A stretch of 50,318 nt of DNA from Candidatus Thermosaccharophagus tengchongensis (GCA_032161105.1 JAVHTD010000022.1), one strand, 5' to 3'; shown: positions 1 to 10,224, counted from the first letter of the stretch. Translations and numbers: made by a program. The notes: generated from the sequence alone by a model not told the origin.

Positions 1-1
1 G

Positions 2-1558
2 CCATTGATTGCGCCATTGAAGGCGGCTGTTAGGGAGGGTGTGCCTGTTGGGCTTCCGGTGTTGAGCCGTGAGGGCGGAGCGGAGTTAAAGTGGAGCACA
101 GTGATGCGTGAAGGCGCAATTCAACCTTTGAGAGTTTCAACTGGTGCAAGGGTGACACTGCCGGCATCCGAAGTGAGAGAGCTGGCGAATGTCGGTGTGG
201 GTGTGGTGAGTTTGCCAAGGAGGGCGAGTGTTGGCAGGGGGATGGGTGTTGAGGTTATCAAGGGGGTTGCAGAGCCTGCAGCGGTTGTCCCTTCGCAAGT
301 GTTGCGCCCAGTTACGGCTGCACCAACACCAGAGCCGAGGTTACTTTCGTCAGCAACGAGGCGCACCGAGACAGTTTCAAAGCCGGTTAAGCCCGCACCA
401 TCTGCTATAGCCCAACTTATGCCAATGGAGCTGCCAAGGGCGACTCGCTCGGTCTTTGTTGCGGATATGACAGCTGCGCGGGCGATGCGTTCCTCATCCG
501 CTAAGATGGAGGTTATTGGCGTGCCAAAGCCGGAGATCGTTTCACCAATTGCGGGGGTTTCTCCGGTTGTATCCCCTTCACCGAAAGCCAACGAGCCGTT
601 AATTCTGAGCCGAAGTGAGCTTGCACGAGTGCACCCTACATCTGTTAGCAGGGTAACTGAAGCAGCTATGCGAGCATACTCCGTTGGAGCGCCCTCAGCG
701 GTGCAGCCAGCAGTTTATGGCATCGCAATGGTTAAGCCATCCGAGAGACAAACACCCATCGCAAGTGCGTTGCCAAGGCAAATCAAGGCTCGCGATGTGC
801 TCCCTCAGCAATCTGCTATTGCGGTCTCTCCCAGTCATGGTCGTGCGCAAGTCCAGCGAACGCAGGTCGCATTGCCAACTTCAACCCCACCGAGGCGCTC
901 AAGGGCGATTGATGTAGGAGTTCTTCGCGGAGCTCCGGCAGCTCTGCCGAGCATCCATGTGCAAAGAGGCGTGGAGCGACCAACCATCGTCATTACGAGG
1001 CGAAGGTCAAGCTTCACATATACTGTTCAACCCGGCGACACCCTATGCGGAATAGCGCGCAAGTTTAAGTTGACGCTGAAACAGCTGATGGATGCAAATA
1101 GCCTTCGCGAGCCAATCAAGTTGCGCACCGGACAGAGGCTTGTGATACCGCGCACACCTATATCGGTGAAGTGCGGTGGGCAAGCAGTGAGCACAGATGT
1201 CCAACCATACTTGCTCTTTGGGACGGCACTCACGCCATTCAGACCAATTGTTGAATTTGCGGGTGGTTCAGTTGAGTGGGTGAATAGTGAGAAGAGAGTG
1301 TTAGCCCAATGGGATAACAAGCGCATCCATCTGAGGATTGACGATCCTAAAGCCTCAATCAATGGGGAATCATTGCTGCTCAAGCCAGCTCCATTCTTGT
1401 TGCTTAACAGGACTATCGTGCCGGCACGCCTATTTGAGCGCATATTTGAAGTGCCCGTCATTTGGAATCGGGACGAGGCTGCTGTGGAAATAGGTTTGTC
1501 GCTTAATGTGACGCAAACTCAGTCAGGGAACACATCCTCACAGGAAGCGCAGAAGTGA
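2..1558 (+). CDS. LysM + copper-amine-oxidase-N-terminal (stalk) domain surface protein, 5' partial
   Basis: Long Pro/Ala/Ser/Val-rich region, then LysM (YTVQPGDTLCGIARKF...LMDANSL...GQRLVIP) and a C-terminal stalk-like domain (TDVQPYL...PFRPIVEFAGGSVEW...APFLLLNRTIVPAR); frame is open at the window edge. Confidence 0.8.
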   Translation, partial: PLIAPLKAAVREGVPVGLPVLSREGGAELKWSTVMREGAIQPLRVSTGARVTLPASEVRELANVGVGVVSLPRRASVGRGMGVEVIKGVAEPAAVVPSQVLRPVTAAPTPEPRLLSSATRRTETVSKPVKPAPSAIAQLMPMELPRATRSVFVADMTAARAMRSSSAKMEVIGVPKPEIVSPIAGVSPVVSPSPKANEPLILSRSELARVHPTSVSRVTEAAMRAYSVGAPSAVQPAVYGIAMVKPSERQTPIASALPRQIKARDVLPQQSAIAVSPSHGRAQVQRTQVALPTSTPPRRSRAIDVGVLRGAPAALPSIHVQRGVERPTIVITRRRSSFTYTVQPGDTLCGIARKFKLTLKQLMDANSLREPIKLRTGQRLVIPRTPISVKCGGQAVSTDVQPYLLFGTALTPFRPIVEFAGGSVEWVNSEKRVLAQWDNKRIHLRIDDPKASINGESLLLKPAPFLLLNRTIVPARLFERIFEVPVIWNRDEAAVEIGLSLNVTQTQSGNTSSQEAQK

Positions 1559-1673
1559 AGCAGCCATTTTAAGCAGGTTTACAGTTTCCGGCTGACCCGC
1601 AAGGTATGCACAAGTGACGCGCTGTTGCGTTGGTCGGTGAAAGCGCTAAAATCAACTTTTGGTGTAAAGGCAT

Positions 1674-1745
1674 GCCGGCGTAGCTCAGCGGCAGAGCGGG
1701 GCATTCGTAATGCCCAGGTCCGGGGTTCAAATCCCCGCGCCGGCT
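1674..1745 (+). tRNA. tRNA-Thr(CGT), no encoded CCA
   Basis: Acceptor stem GCCGGCG/CGCCGGC, D-arm TAGCTCAGCGGCAGAGC, anticodon arm GGGCA-TTCGTAA-TGCCC, T-arm CGGGG-TTCAAAT-CCCCG; followed by CTA rather than CCA. Confidence 0.95.
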
Positions 1746-1911
1746 CTAAATTGCGAGGCGTGAAGTTTGCAACTTATGCGCTGTGCTGCAATTCCAACCT
1801 CTATGAGCAGCGTGATGAAGTTCCCCAAGTGAACTCTGTTGATGACCAGTGGATGGAGAAATGCTTGCAGCTCTTTCTGCGGGATAAAGTTATGGGGTCG
1901 GTGATGAATGC

Positions 1912-2826
1912 ATGGTGCGAAAAGGGTTTGTGCCCGTCATGATGTGGGTGGGTAGCGCATTCGCCCTACATGTTGGTGTTCTCATCGGTGTGTTGGTGCT
2001 GCATTCGCAATCTCAAACTGGCACTGAAGCACCACCGAATATGGTTCTTGTTCCGGCTGGTGAGTTCATAATGGGCGTCAACTACATTGGTGGGCAGGCT
2101 GGTCCGTATGCGGATGAGTATCCCGCACACAAGGTTTATGTGCCCTCGTTTTACATTGACATTTACGAGGTTACGAACGAGGAATACAAGCGCTTTTGTG
2201 ATGCCACCGGTTATCCACCACCACCTCACTGGGAGGGTGGGAAGTATCCCGAGGGGCAAGATAAGTTCCCGGTGAACAATGTGAGTTGGTATGATGCAGT
2301 TGAATATTGCAAGTGGGCTGGTAAGCGTCTGCCAACCGAAGCCGAGTGGGAGAAGGCTGCAAGGGGCACAGATGGAAGGATGTATCCATGGGGAAACGAA
2401 TTCACCGATGACAAAAACAACCCATACAAATTCTGCAACGGTGGGCATAGAGGCTTGAAGCCCGTTGGAAGCTATCCGCAGGGTGTTAGCCCCTATGGCT
2501 GCTATGACATGGTTGGGAATGTAGCTGAGTGGACCTCCGATTGGTATAAGCCATACCCGGGGGCAAAGGAAGGCACCGTCTATGACGCCTTCTACGGTGA
2601 GAAGTTGAAGGTGCACAGGGGTGGTTCTTGGGCTAACTTTCCGTCATCGCTGCGGTGCACATTCAGGGGCACACATTATCCATGGGGGCGCTCATTGCTC
2701 ATAGGGTTCAGGTGCGCGAAGTCGGCACCTGAAGCAACAGCGCTGCATTACCACCAGTGGCATATCCTTGCGGTGCCGTTAATGCAAGTTTCGGTGTATC
2801 TCACTTACGGGTTGGCTAACCCATAA
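1912..2826 (+). CDS. Formylglycine-generating-enzyme (FGE-sulfatase/SUMF1) domain protein with N-terminal membrane anchor
   Basis: MVLVPAGEFIMG, YEVTNEEY, PVNNVSWYDA, RLPTEAEWEKAARG, GCYDMVGNVAEW, RGGSW, GFRC motifs. Confidence 0.9.
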   Translation: MVRKGFVPVMMWVGSAFALHVGVLIGVLVLHSQSQTGTEAPPNMVLVPAGEFIMGVNYIGGQAGPYADEYPAHKVYVPSFYIDIYEVTNEEYKRFCDATGYPPPPHWEGGKYPEGQDKFPVNNVSWYDAVEYCKWAGKRLPTEAEWEKAARGTDGRMYPWGNEFTDDKNNPYKFCNGGHRGLKPVGSYPQGVSPYGCYDMVGNVAEWTSDWYKPYPGAKEGTVYDAFYGEKLKVHRGGSWANFPSSLRCTFRGTHYPWGRSLLIGFRCAKSAPEATALHYHQWHILAVPLMQVSVYLTYGLANP

Positions 2827-2843
2827 GTTGATAGAGACCGTGG

Positions 2844-4064
2844 TTAGCTTGGTCCGAGGAGATAATCAATCAACGGACCGATTACCGGTATGCGCCGCTT
2901 CTGCTGTATTGGTTGGATGAACTCCCCAAGTGGCGCTTCCCTTCCCATGATGGAGTATGCCAGCTGCACGATTGCGCGCGATATTTCGGCATTCGGGTGT
3001 GTAAGCACAAATGGTGTGCCATTGTTAACCGATGATACTACAAGGCGACCGTCACTCGGGATGCGCGCAAGCAGTGAACATCCAAGAACCTCTTCAACCC
3101 TCTCAGGGGTTATTTGAACTTGGCTGTTTGAACGGTTGAGGACTACCTTGATTCGCTCCGGTGAGTAGAGTTGGCGCAGTATCTCAAGCGCGATCCTCGT
3201 GTTGTGTATTGCAAGCACATCAAGTTCGGTGACCAAGATGATGTATTCAGCCGTATCCAACGCCACCATTGAGTAGTCCTCAAGGACTGTTGGCAGATCC
3301 ACGATGATGTAGTCAAAGCCCTTTCTGAGCAACGATAGCACTTGCTCAACAAGATAGACTGTCACAGTCTCCGCATATTGTGGCGTTGATGGCGCAACGA
3401 GCACCCTCAACCCTGAATCCTCGTGTATGGTTAGGTGTTTCTCAAGGACTTCAAGGTCAAGTTCGCCTTCCCTCTGAGCGAGGCTTGCAATTGTGTGCTG
3501 TGGCGTTAAATTTAGCACCATGTCAACATTGCCATATTGCAAGTTCAAGTCAACAAGGCAAACCGGACCAGCATGATGCTTTGCGAGCGCGACGGCTAAG
3601 TTGCACGAAATGACCGTCTTACCAGACCCACCTTTCGGGCTGTAAACAGCTATGACTTGACCAGCGCGAGCCTCAGGACCACCAGCAGCCATTGCCCTAT
3701 ACTTTTGAACTCGCATTGCTGCCACCCTGACAGCGTCAATCAACTCCTCCCTTCCGACTGGCTTGAGCAGGAAGTCGCTTGCACCAGCTCGCATAAGCTG
3801 CCTTAGCAAAGCTTTGTCATCATGCAGCGATATGACCACAACACCGACATTCGGAGAAACCCTTTCAGTCACCTCAACAATATCTGCGCCGGCAATGTTA
3901 GCATCAATTACGAGCACATCCGGATTCAACGACCTAACAAGCTGCAATGCCTCATCACCGTCTCGTGCCTCGCCAACCACTTCAATCGTCGGATCGGTGC
4001 GAAGGAGTGCCTTTATGTTTTCCCTTGACTCAGTCAGGCTGTCAGCTACTATCACTGTCGGCAC
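2844..4064 (-). CDS. cpaE: Flp/Tad pilus assembly protein CpaE/TadZ (receiver domain + MinD/ParA-like ATPase)
   Basis: N-terminal REC (PDVLVIDAN...AGASDFLLKP), deviant Walker A SPKGGSGKT, VDLNLQYG; Tad gene context. Confidence 0.88.
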   Translation of the reverse strand: MPTVIVADSLTESRENIKALLRTDPTIEVVGEARDGDEALQLVRSLNPDVLVIDANIAGADIVEVTERVSPNVGVVVISLHDDKALLRQLMRAGASDFLLKPVGREELIDAVRVAAMRVQKYRAMAAGGPEARAGQVIAVYSPKGGSGKTVISCNLAVALAKHHAGPVCLVDLNLQYGNVDMVLNLTPQHTIASLAQREGELDLEVLEKHLTIHEDSGLRVLVAPSTPQYAETVTVYLVEQVLSLLRKGFDYIIVDLPTVLEDYSMVALDTAEYIILVTELDVLAIHNTRIALEILRQLYSPERIKVVLNRSNSQVQITPERVEEVLGCSLLARIPSDGRLVVSSVNNGTPFVLTHPNAEISRAIVQLAYSIMGREAPLGEFIQPIQQKRRIPVIGPLIDYLLGPS

Positions 4065-4153
4065 GACTCTATCACCTCGTGCTGATTTGGCAGTGGCGTT
4101 CTACCCACCGTTACTTTCCCACCTCCATCCTTCATTATGGCTCTGCCGTTTTC

Positions 4154-6349
4154 TCATCTCCCAATGCCGAATGGGGCACCACCGATTGCTCCAACACCGA
4201 AGCCACCAATCCCGAAAGCAGGTGCAGCGGGCGTTGGCAGCGGTGGCAGCTTAAGGACCTCTTCATAAAGCTGCAATGCTTCCTCACTAACAGCCTCATC
4301 AAACAGGCGCACAGTCATCGCTATCACAAGTTCAGATTGCAGGCGTTGAAATTCTCGGCTCTTGAACAACTCTCCAATGATTGGTATAGATGACAGCAAC
4401 GGCAGGCGTCTCCAGTTTTGCCTATCCTCCTCCTGAATGAGACCGGATATGACAAGCGTATCGCCATCCCTCAGCAAGACCCTGTCCTCGTGGCGGCGCA
4501 TTCTAAACCCCGGAACTCTCGCCCCGAAAATTGTGGTGGCTAAGCTGTAATCCGGCGCTGATGACTCAACTCGGTAATGCACGAATATTTCCCCGGCGTC
4601 TGTTGAGCGTGGGTGAAGCGTAAGCATTATCCCGAACGGCGCAAATTGCACGCCGCCAAGCGCACCAGCTGCAGCACCAGTCACAAGCGTTGTCACCGGT
4701 ATTGGCACCATGCCGCCAACTAAGAAGGTTGCATCTGTCCCTTCAAGGACGAATTGCTGTGGGCGCGCGAGCAGCCTTGCAAGACCCCTCTCAATAAGCA
4801 TGTTCAGGCGCATGGCAAATGGTGAGAGCCTTGTAAACACACCGGGAACTGCGACACCAAAACCACCCCCGGGCGGCGTTTGTGGTGTTTCTCCAAATGT
4901 AATTTGACCAGCCTCAATGTTCACGCCGGTTATGCCCACAGCGCCTGCAGCCACACCGGCAGTTATTTGCTCACCAACTTGCACGCCGAGTTTATCAAGC
5001 GCTGTTTTTGAAACCTCAAGCACTCGCACCTCAACCAGTATCTGTTGAACTGTCTTCGGCTTCTCCACCTCAATCTGGTTGATGACTGCACCAAAGAGCT
5101 TCGCGATTTCCTCAGCCCTGTCCCTATCCTCTTTTCGCTTGACCTTGCCGGTCAAGACTATCTTGTCATCGGCAATCCTCACCTCAACTTGCGGCATGCC
5201 AATCATGTCCTGAATTTTCTTCGCCTTCTCAATTTCTGGCGGGATGGGTTGTGGAATAGCCCTCACCTTAATATGCTTGATGACTTTCGTCGCCCACAAC
5301 GACGCCACTTGTTCGGCAAAAGCAGCTTCATCTTCGGTTTCCACTTCACCGCGCAGGACTGCCACAAAGCCTTCATCGTGCGGATATACCGAAACTGTGA
5401 CATTCGGGATGCCGATGGCATCCTCAATGCGCATCTTTATTTCCTCGGCAGTCGGCTTTGGCTTTATTGGCTCCGGTGGCTTCTTTTCCGGCAGGGTGAC
5501 AATGCGCAACCAGAAGTTTGTCCAGAGCAGCCTCTCTACGCCCTCAACCTTTACCTTCTCCCAAACAATCACATTCGTTTGCCCTTCCTTCTTACCAACG
5601 AGCAACAGCTCAAGTTTTGATGGCGTTATAATGCCCACAAGCTCCGGGTTGCCAATTGCGACCTGTTCAATTGTCCCCTTTGCAGCCTCAATGAGCATGC
5701 TCACCCCAACCGGCAATTCAACCTCAATCCTTTTTCCCTCCCCCGGAGCCGTCATGACCACAGGGTTGCTCAGGACATCTATGCTCACAACTTCCAACTG
5801 CAGCTCGGGTGTCTTTCGCTTTTCCACAACTATGTTGTTGATGACGCCCTTTGGAGAAAACTGAGCTGCGATTTTCTCTGCGCGCTCTTTGTCAACTTCG
5901 CTTGTGACAGTCCCCTCAAGGACGATCTTTCCGGCTTCCATCCTCACTTGCACTGTTGGTAGCCCGATGGCGCGCTGCACTTGCTCAGCCGTCGGAACAA
6001 GCCCGGTTATAACTGGCTTTTCAGGCTCACTCGTCCGTTCGCCAGCTTTCGTGCCAACTTGCACCGTGAGGTGATATTGCTTCTCCTTCGCATTCACGAA
6101 GATGCTTGATTGACCGGCTTTGATAGCTTCAATTAGGAGCGCATCATCCGATTTGCGCAGGCGCACAACCGTCGGGTCTGTGACGGAGAAGTCAAATTCA
6201 GAGCCGATTAGCAGCTTGATGGTCTCGCCAACATCCATGCGCAGCGGAACTTCAATTGCTGTGCTTTCGCAGCGCGCTGCGCTCACCATCAAGAGCGCAA
6301 AAATTGCTGCTACAATAATGGCGTCCCTATTCGCATTCCACCTCATCAT
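4154..6349 (-). CDS. cpaC: Tad secretin CpaC/RcpA with repeated BON-like and pilus-N domains
   Basis: Signal peptide; QILVEVRVLEVSK, LARP...GTDATFLVGG, FGIML, VISGLI...LPLLSSIPIIGELFKSREFQ...SELVI secretin signature. Confidence 0.88.
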   Translation of the reverse strand: MMRWNANRDAIIVAAIFALLMVSAARCESTAIEVPLRMDVGETIKLLIGSEFDFSVTDPTVVRLRKSDDALLIEAIKAGQSSIFVNAKEKQYHLTVQVGTKAGERTSEPEKPVITGLVPTAEQVQRAIGLPTVQVRMEAGKIVLEGTVTSEVDKERAEKIAAQFSPKGVINNIVVEKRKTPELQLEVVSIDVLSNPVVMTAPGEGKRIEVELPVGVSMLIEAAKGTIEQVAIGNPELVGIITPSKLELLLVGKKEGQTNVIVWEKVKVEGVERLLWTNFWLRIVTLPEKKPPEPIKPKPTAEEIKMRIEDAIGIPNVTVSVYPHDEGFVAVLRGEVETEDEAAFAEQVASLWATKVIKHIKVRAIPQPIPPEIEKAKKIQDMIGMPQVEVRIADDKIVLTGKVKRKEDRDRAEEIAKLFGAVINQIEVEKPKTVQQILVEVRVLEVSKTALDKLGVQVGEQITAGVAAGAVGITGVNIEAGQITFGETPQTPPGGGFGVAVPGVFTRLSPFAMRLNMLIERGLARLLARPQQFVLEGTDATFLVGGMVPIPVTTLVTGAAAGALGGVQFAPFGIMLTLHPRSTDAGEIFVHYRVESSAPDYSLATTIFGARVPGFRMRRHEDRVLLRDGDTLVISGLIQEEDRQNWRRLPLLSSIPIIGELFKSREFQRLQSELVIAMTVRLFDEAVSEEALQLYEEVLKLPPLPTPAAPAFGIGGFGVGAIGGAPFGIGR

Positions 6350-6388
6350 GTCCTTCCACCTCAGTTGAAAGGTGATTTTGGCAACGCA

Positions 6389-7615
6389 TCATTGCTTCAG
6401 CACTGCCTCAATTGGATGCCCAACCGGAGCCTGTATGGATTGCGCGCCAAGGAATATCCTCACAGTCTCTCTTGGTTCTGCAGTGGGTGGCACTGCAGCT
6501 TCCGTTGGTTTGACTTTCAAACTTTCAATGTCCTTCTCAACATTCCTCAAGCGCTCGCTGACTTCAACCATGAGCTGCTTTAGTTGAGCATCTGTGGCAG
6601 CGCTTGAGATAGCTCTTCGCACTGCATGCACTTCTTGGCGGATGCGTTCTTGCTCCTCTCGTATGCTGCGTATTTGCGGTGCGAACTCCGAGAGCAACCT
6701 GCCGTGCACCTCAGCCACAATTTGTGCTGGCTCTACAGGCGGGAGCTGTGGCACCGGGGATGGCGTTGGTTGACTTGCCCTGCCGAAGACCCTGTCAAGC
6801 TCCTCAGGTGTTATCCCAGCCCCCTTTGCAGCTATCTGTTCAACAGCCGGATGAATGTCTCTTGCCATCGTTGGGCGCTTCCGCTGTTGCTCGGGTGTCG
6901 GTATCGGGACTGGCGGGCGTGACGATAGCAGCGAAAATTCAATTCGCACATTTGTCTGACCGCTAATAAGTGCTATCCTTTCTGCCTCCTCCGGGCGGAC
7001 AAGCAAAAGGAGTGTGCGAAGTTGTGATGGTTGTTGCCCTTGTTGTTGAGCCTGCTGCTGTGCGCCTTCTGGCGGTTGACCGCGCACACCGAGCTCAACA
7101 TTCATCACCTTCGTGTCAACGCCGAGCACGACCGCATCCTCAACTATCGTTTGCGAGAGCAGCCCACCAAATGAAGCGATTATACGCACATGGTTGCCAG
7201 TCCTTAACATCCGATATAGCGCCTCATTGTCTATCGGCAAAGCAACTGCCACATATCCTTCTGGTATGAGTGTGCCCAAACCCTCTTGCGAGATTGGCTG
7301 TGTGACATCACTTTGCATTATCGGTGTGCCGGCAAATATATCCACCTTGGCAACTCGGTTTAAAACATCGTCAACTTTGCTAAACGCCCCCGGCGGGACT
7401 TCCTTCGGCAGGCGTCTGTCCTCGCGCACCATTGCACCAGTTATGACTGTGTGCGCCGGTATGTCAACGGAGGCTATCACGACTTTCGCATATTCAATCG
7501 TTGGCTTCGGTGGCGGTGTTTTGCCCCTTTGCCAGAGGAATCGCCCAACCAGAAACACAATGAATATCGCCCCGAGGAGAATTGATATGCGCAGCATTCT
7601 CGGCACAGCTTTCAC
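6389..7615 (-). CDS. cpaB: Flp pilus assembly protein CpaB/RcpC (TM + SAF + RcpC) with coiled-coil C-terminal extension
   Basis: VVIASVDIPAHTVIT...AKVDIFAGTPI SAF domain; LIPEGYVAVAL, LLVRPEEAERI RcpC motifs. Confidence 0.82.
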   Translation of the reverse strand: MKAVPRMLRISILLGAIFIVFLVGRFLWQRGKTPPPKPTIEYAKVVIASVDIPAHTVITGAMVREDRRLPKEVPPGAFSKVDDVLNRVAKVDIFAGTPIMQSDVTQPISQEGLGTLIPEGYVAVALPIDNEALYRMLRTGNHVRIIASFGGLLSQTIVEDAVVLGVDTKVMNVELGVRGQPPEGAQQQAQQQGQQPSQLRTLLLLVRPEEAERIALISGQTNVRIEFSLLSSRPPVPIPTPEQQRKRPTMARDIHPAVEQIAAKGAGITPEELDRVFGRASQPTPSPVPQLPPVEPAQIVAEVHGRLLSEFAPQIRSIREEQERIRQEVHAVRRAISSAATDAQLKQLMVEVSERLRNVEKDIESLKVKPTEAAVPPTAEPRETVRIFLGAQSIQAPVGHPIEAVLKQ

Positions 7616-8196
7616 CTTCCTCTAAGGAATGGATTTGCGCACCCGAATGTTGCCTCTAATATCATGGCAAGAATGCACCCAAGTGCAAGATTTATCACAT
7701 ACGGAAAGCGCGTCTCGTCTTCGTGCTCATACTCAACTGGCACGCCAACAACATAGCGCATGTGGAAGTAGTTCATGAGGCGCACGAATGGCTTAAACCC
7801 GAGCCGCCGCCTCATCAATATGACAGTTGACACTACCCCTCCAATTGCCGCCCCATAGAGAAATGCCCAAAATGGATACGACTCCCAAAACAGGGCTCCG
7901 CTCCCCTTGATTGCACCGACAGCCATGCAAAATTTGACATCACCGCCTTTAAACCAGCCAATCGCAAATGGCACAAAGAATATGCCTAACCCAATCCCAA
8001 GCCCAATCAGGGAACTTGCCAAACCATTTTTACCATCCAGTATCAAGTTTGTCACAATGCCTGCGACCATGAACGGGAATGTGAGTTTGTTTGGCACCCT
8101 GCTGTATCGGCAGTCGGTGTAGCATGCAGCTGCAACAAAAATGAGCACAAGCAGGTCACGCACAAGCAACTTAATTAAGTCAGCGTTAGAGGGCAC
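7612..8196 (-). CDS. cpaA: Prepilin peptidase A24 (CpaA/TadV)
   Basis: TDCRYSRVPN and GGDVK catalytic Asp motifs, C-terminal FPY, multiple TM segments. Confidence 0.9.
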   Translation of the reverse strand: MPSNADLIKLLVRDLLVLIFVAAACYTDCRYSRVPNKLTFPFMVAGIVTNLILDGKNGLASSLIGLGIGLGIFFVPFAIGWFKGGDVKFCMAVGAIKGSGALFWESYPFWAFLYGAAIGGVVSTVILMRRRLGFKPFVRLMNYFHMRYVVGVPVEYEHEDETRFPYVINLALGCILAMILEATFGCANPFLRGR

Positions 8197-8308
8197 ATCC
8201 CATCACCTTGTCCTATGACTCCGGGGCAAAGTTTTGTTACCATCCAACCTTTGCTGGTTTAAGAAAGTAAGCGCAGCAGCGCATTTGTGGGCTAAAGGCA
8301 TTCCGACT

Positions 8309-10114
8309 TCACAAAGCCGGCACTTGTTCAATGTGCTTCAGTTGAATGGCAGCGCGCTCACGCACATTCATATCCGGTATGCTTGTCATCGCCTCCTTGA
8401 GCAGGTCCGCTTCCGAGTATGCATGCCCATCAATCATCGCAATGGCATTCATACACGCAGCCCTGAGAGAGGCATCTTGAGCTGCTACGAATGCCTTAAG
8501 CAACGAATCCCTTGCCGGCTTGTATTTCATCTTCCCGAGGGCATGTGCAGCCTCACATCTCACTTCAACGCTTTTGTCGTTTTCAAGCAGCTCCAAAAGC
8601 GCTTTAGCACCTGCGGTTGCCTTAATTTCTCCCAGCGCCCATGCGGCAGCTGCACGCACCTTCTCGGATTGGCTGCGCAGTTGATAGAGCAATTCATCAG
8701 CGGTTGCGGTTGCCCTCCAAATGCCGAGCAGCCTTATGATGCGTTCTTTTGCCTCAGCCTTACTTGTGCGCTTAAGCATCTCAATCGCGGTTGGAGCTGC
8801 TTCGGTGCCAAATTGCTGCAGTGCATTATACGCGTGCCAACGCACCTTCTCCGATTCGTCCCCAAGTGCTTCAAGCAAAGTTGGTACAGACTCCAAGCTG
8901 CCAATCCTTCCAAGTGAGACGACCGAAGCGATGCGCACATCCTCATTCTTGTCCTTTGCGGTTTTGATAAGCTCATCAACGGCATCTTTGCAGCGCATCT
9001 CGCCGAGCGCCTTTACAGCCCCCCAGCGCTTCAAATCCTCCTTTGAGTGCATGGCGCTTAATAGTGCCTTCACAGCCGGTGAGCCAACTTCCGACAAAGC
9101 ACTTGCAGCACGCACCCTTAATGTCTCATCCTGTTCGGAGAGCATGTTGATGAGGAAGTCAATTGCCTCTTTATCGCCCATCTTGCCGAGGGCAACAGCA
9201 GCGCTCAGCCTCACTTTCATCTCCTCAGCGGTATCATTCATTCGGCTCTTCAGAGATTGAATTGCAACTCGTGCGCCTATCTTGCCGAGGGCTTCGGCAG
9301 CAGCTGACCTCACATCCGGGTCTGAGTCCGAAAGGCGGTCCATCAAATCGGCTATAGCTAACTTGTATCTCAGCTGCCCCAAGTAGCGGCACATATCACG
9401 CCTTACAAGCCTGTCCTTCCCTTCGGAACTCTGCGGATCTAACGCCGCTCTAAAGCGCTCACTTATCAGCTTCAAGGTGCGCTGCGCTTCAACCTTAGCA
9501 ACGCCACTCCCAAACTGGGCTGTTTGGATAACCGCCCTTAGCGCTTTAACTCCGAGCCCCTTCAGCGATTCAACAGCCGCGTCTCTCACAGACTTGCGCT
9601 CATCACCGAGAAACGGGATTAGCACCGGGACCGCATCCTCATCATCCAAGCCGCCCATCGCCTTTATCGCTGCAATTTGCACATCGGTGTTTTCATCCTT
9701 AACCATCTCAATCAGTGTCCTTGTTGCCTCACCGCCCTTTATCTTTCCGAGTGCCTCTGCCACAGCTGCGCGAACTTTCGGGCTCTTGTCCTTCCTTGCT
9801 TCGCGCAGGTAAACTATGCCGCCCGACTTGGCGAAGTTGCCAAGCATGACAGCCGCAGCGTAACGCACCCTCTCATCATCGTGGCTCAAAAGTTTTCCGA
9901 CAGGCTCAACAGCCACATCGGCGTAATCCTTGAAACGCTTCTCATACAGCTCGTTAAAGTTTTCCGGGTTGGCTTTAAGCTCCTCTATTGCCTCAGCCAC
10001 CTTCGCCTTCTTCTCCTCAAGGCTTTCACCGCAGCCGATCAGGAAAGCCGCAATGGCAGCTGCCAAGACCAATGCACACGCCCTCAGTAGCTGCATGGCG
10101 CTCCTTCGGTTCAC
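8309..10114 (-). CDS. HEAT/PBS-lyase repeat lipoprotein
   Basis: Signal with LIGC lipobox; many D..VR.AAA.ALG.I repeats. Confidence 0.85.
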   Translation of the reverse strand: MNRRSAMQLLRACALVLAAAIAAFLIGCGESLEEKKAKVAEAIEELKANPENFNELYEKRFKDYADVAVEPVGKLLSHDDERVRYAAAVMLGNFAKSGGIVYLREARKDKSPKVRAAVAEALGKIKGGEATRTLIEMVKDENTDVQIAAIKAMGGLDDEDAVPVLIPFLGDERKSVRDAAVESLKGLGVKALRAVIQTAQFGSGVAKVEAQRTLKLISERFRAALDPQSSEGKDRLVRRDMCRYLGQLRYKLAIADLMDRLSDSDPDVRSAAAEALGKIGARVAIQSLKSRMNDTAEEMKVRLSAAVALGKMGDKEAIDFLINMLSEQDETLRVRAASALSEVGSPAVKALLSAMHSKEDLKRWGAVKALGEMRCKDAVDELIKTAKDKNEDVRIASVVSLGRIGSLESVPTLLEALGDESEKVRWHAYNALQQFGTEAAPTAIEMLKRTSKAEAKERIIRLLGIWRATATADELLYQLRSQSEKVRAAAAWALGEIKATAGAKALLELLENDKSVEVRCEAAHALGKMKYKPARDSLLKAFVAAQDASLRAACMNAIAMIDGHAYSEADLLKEAMTSIPDMNVRERAAIQLKHIEQVPAL

Positions 10115-10224
10115 CGTTGACTCACCCCTTCATCTCTGCTCACGGTTGCTCTCAAAGCGCCGTTATGTTTTGTGCATCACTGAGAGTATAGCGCCGATCC
10201 AAAGCTGGCGCATGTGACCTGCTC

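Noticed and set aside
1674..1911. tRNA-Thr as a prophage or island integration site
   Set aside because: No integrase nearby, and I did not see a duplicated tRNA 3' end in the window
1625..1942. 105-aa ORF
   Set aside because: Overlaps the tRNA and has no recognisable motif; spurious
8197..8308. Hidden flp pilin gene upstream of cpaA
   Set aside because: Gap too short, and no G/xxxxEY pilin motif
8309..10114. Repeated sequence suggestive of an array
   Set aside because: Degenerate HEAT protein repeats, not nucleotide direct repeats with spacers
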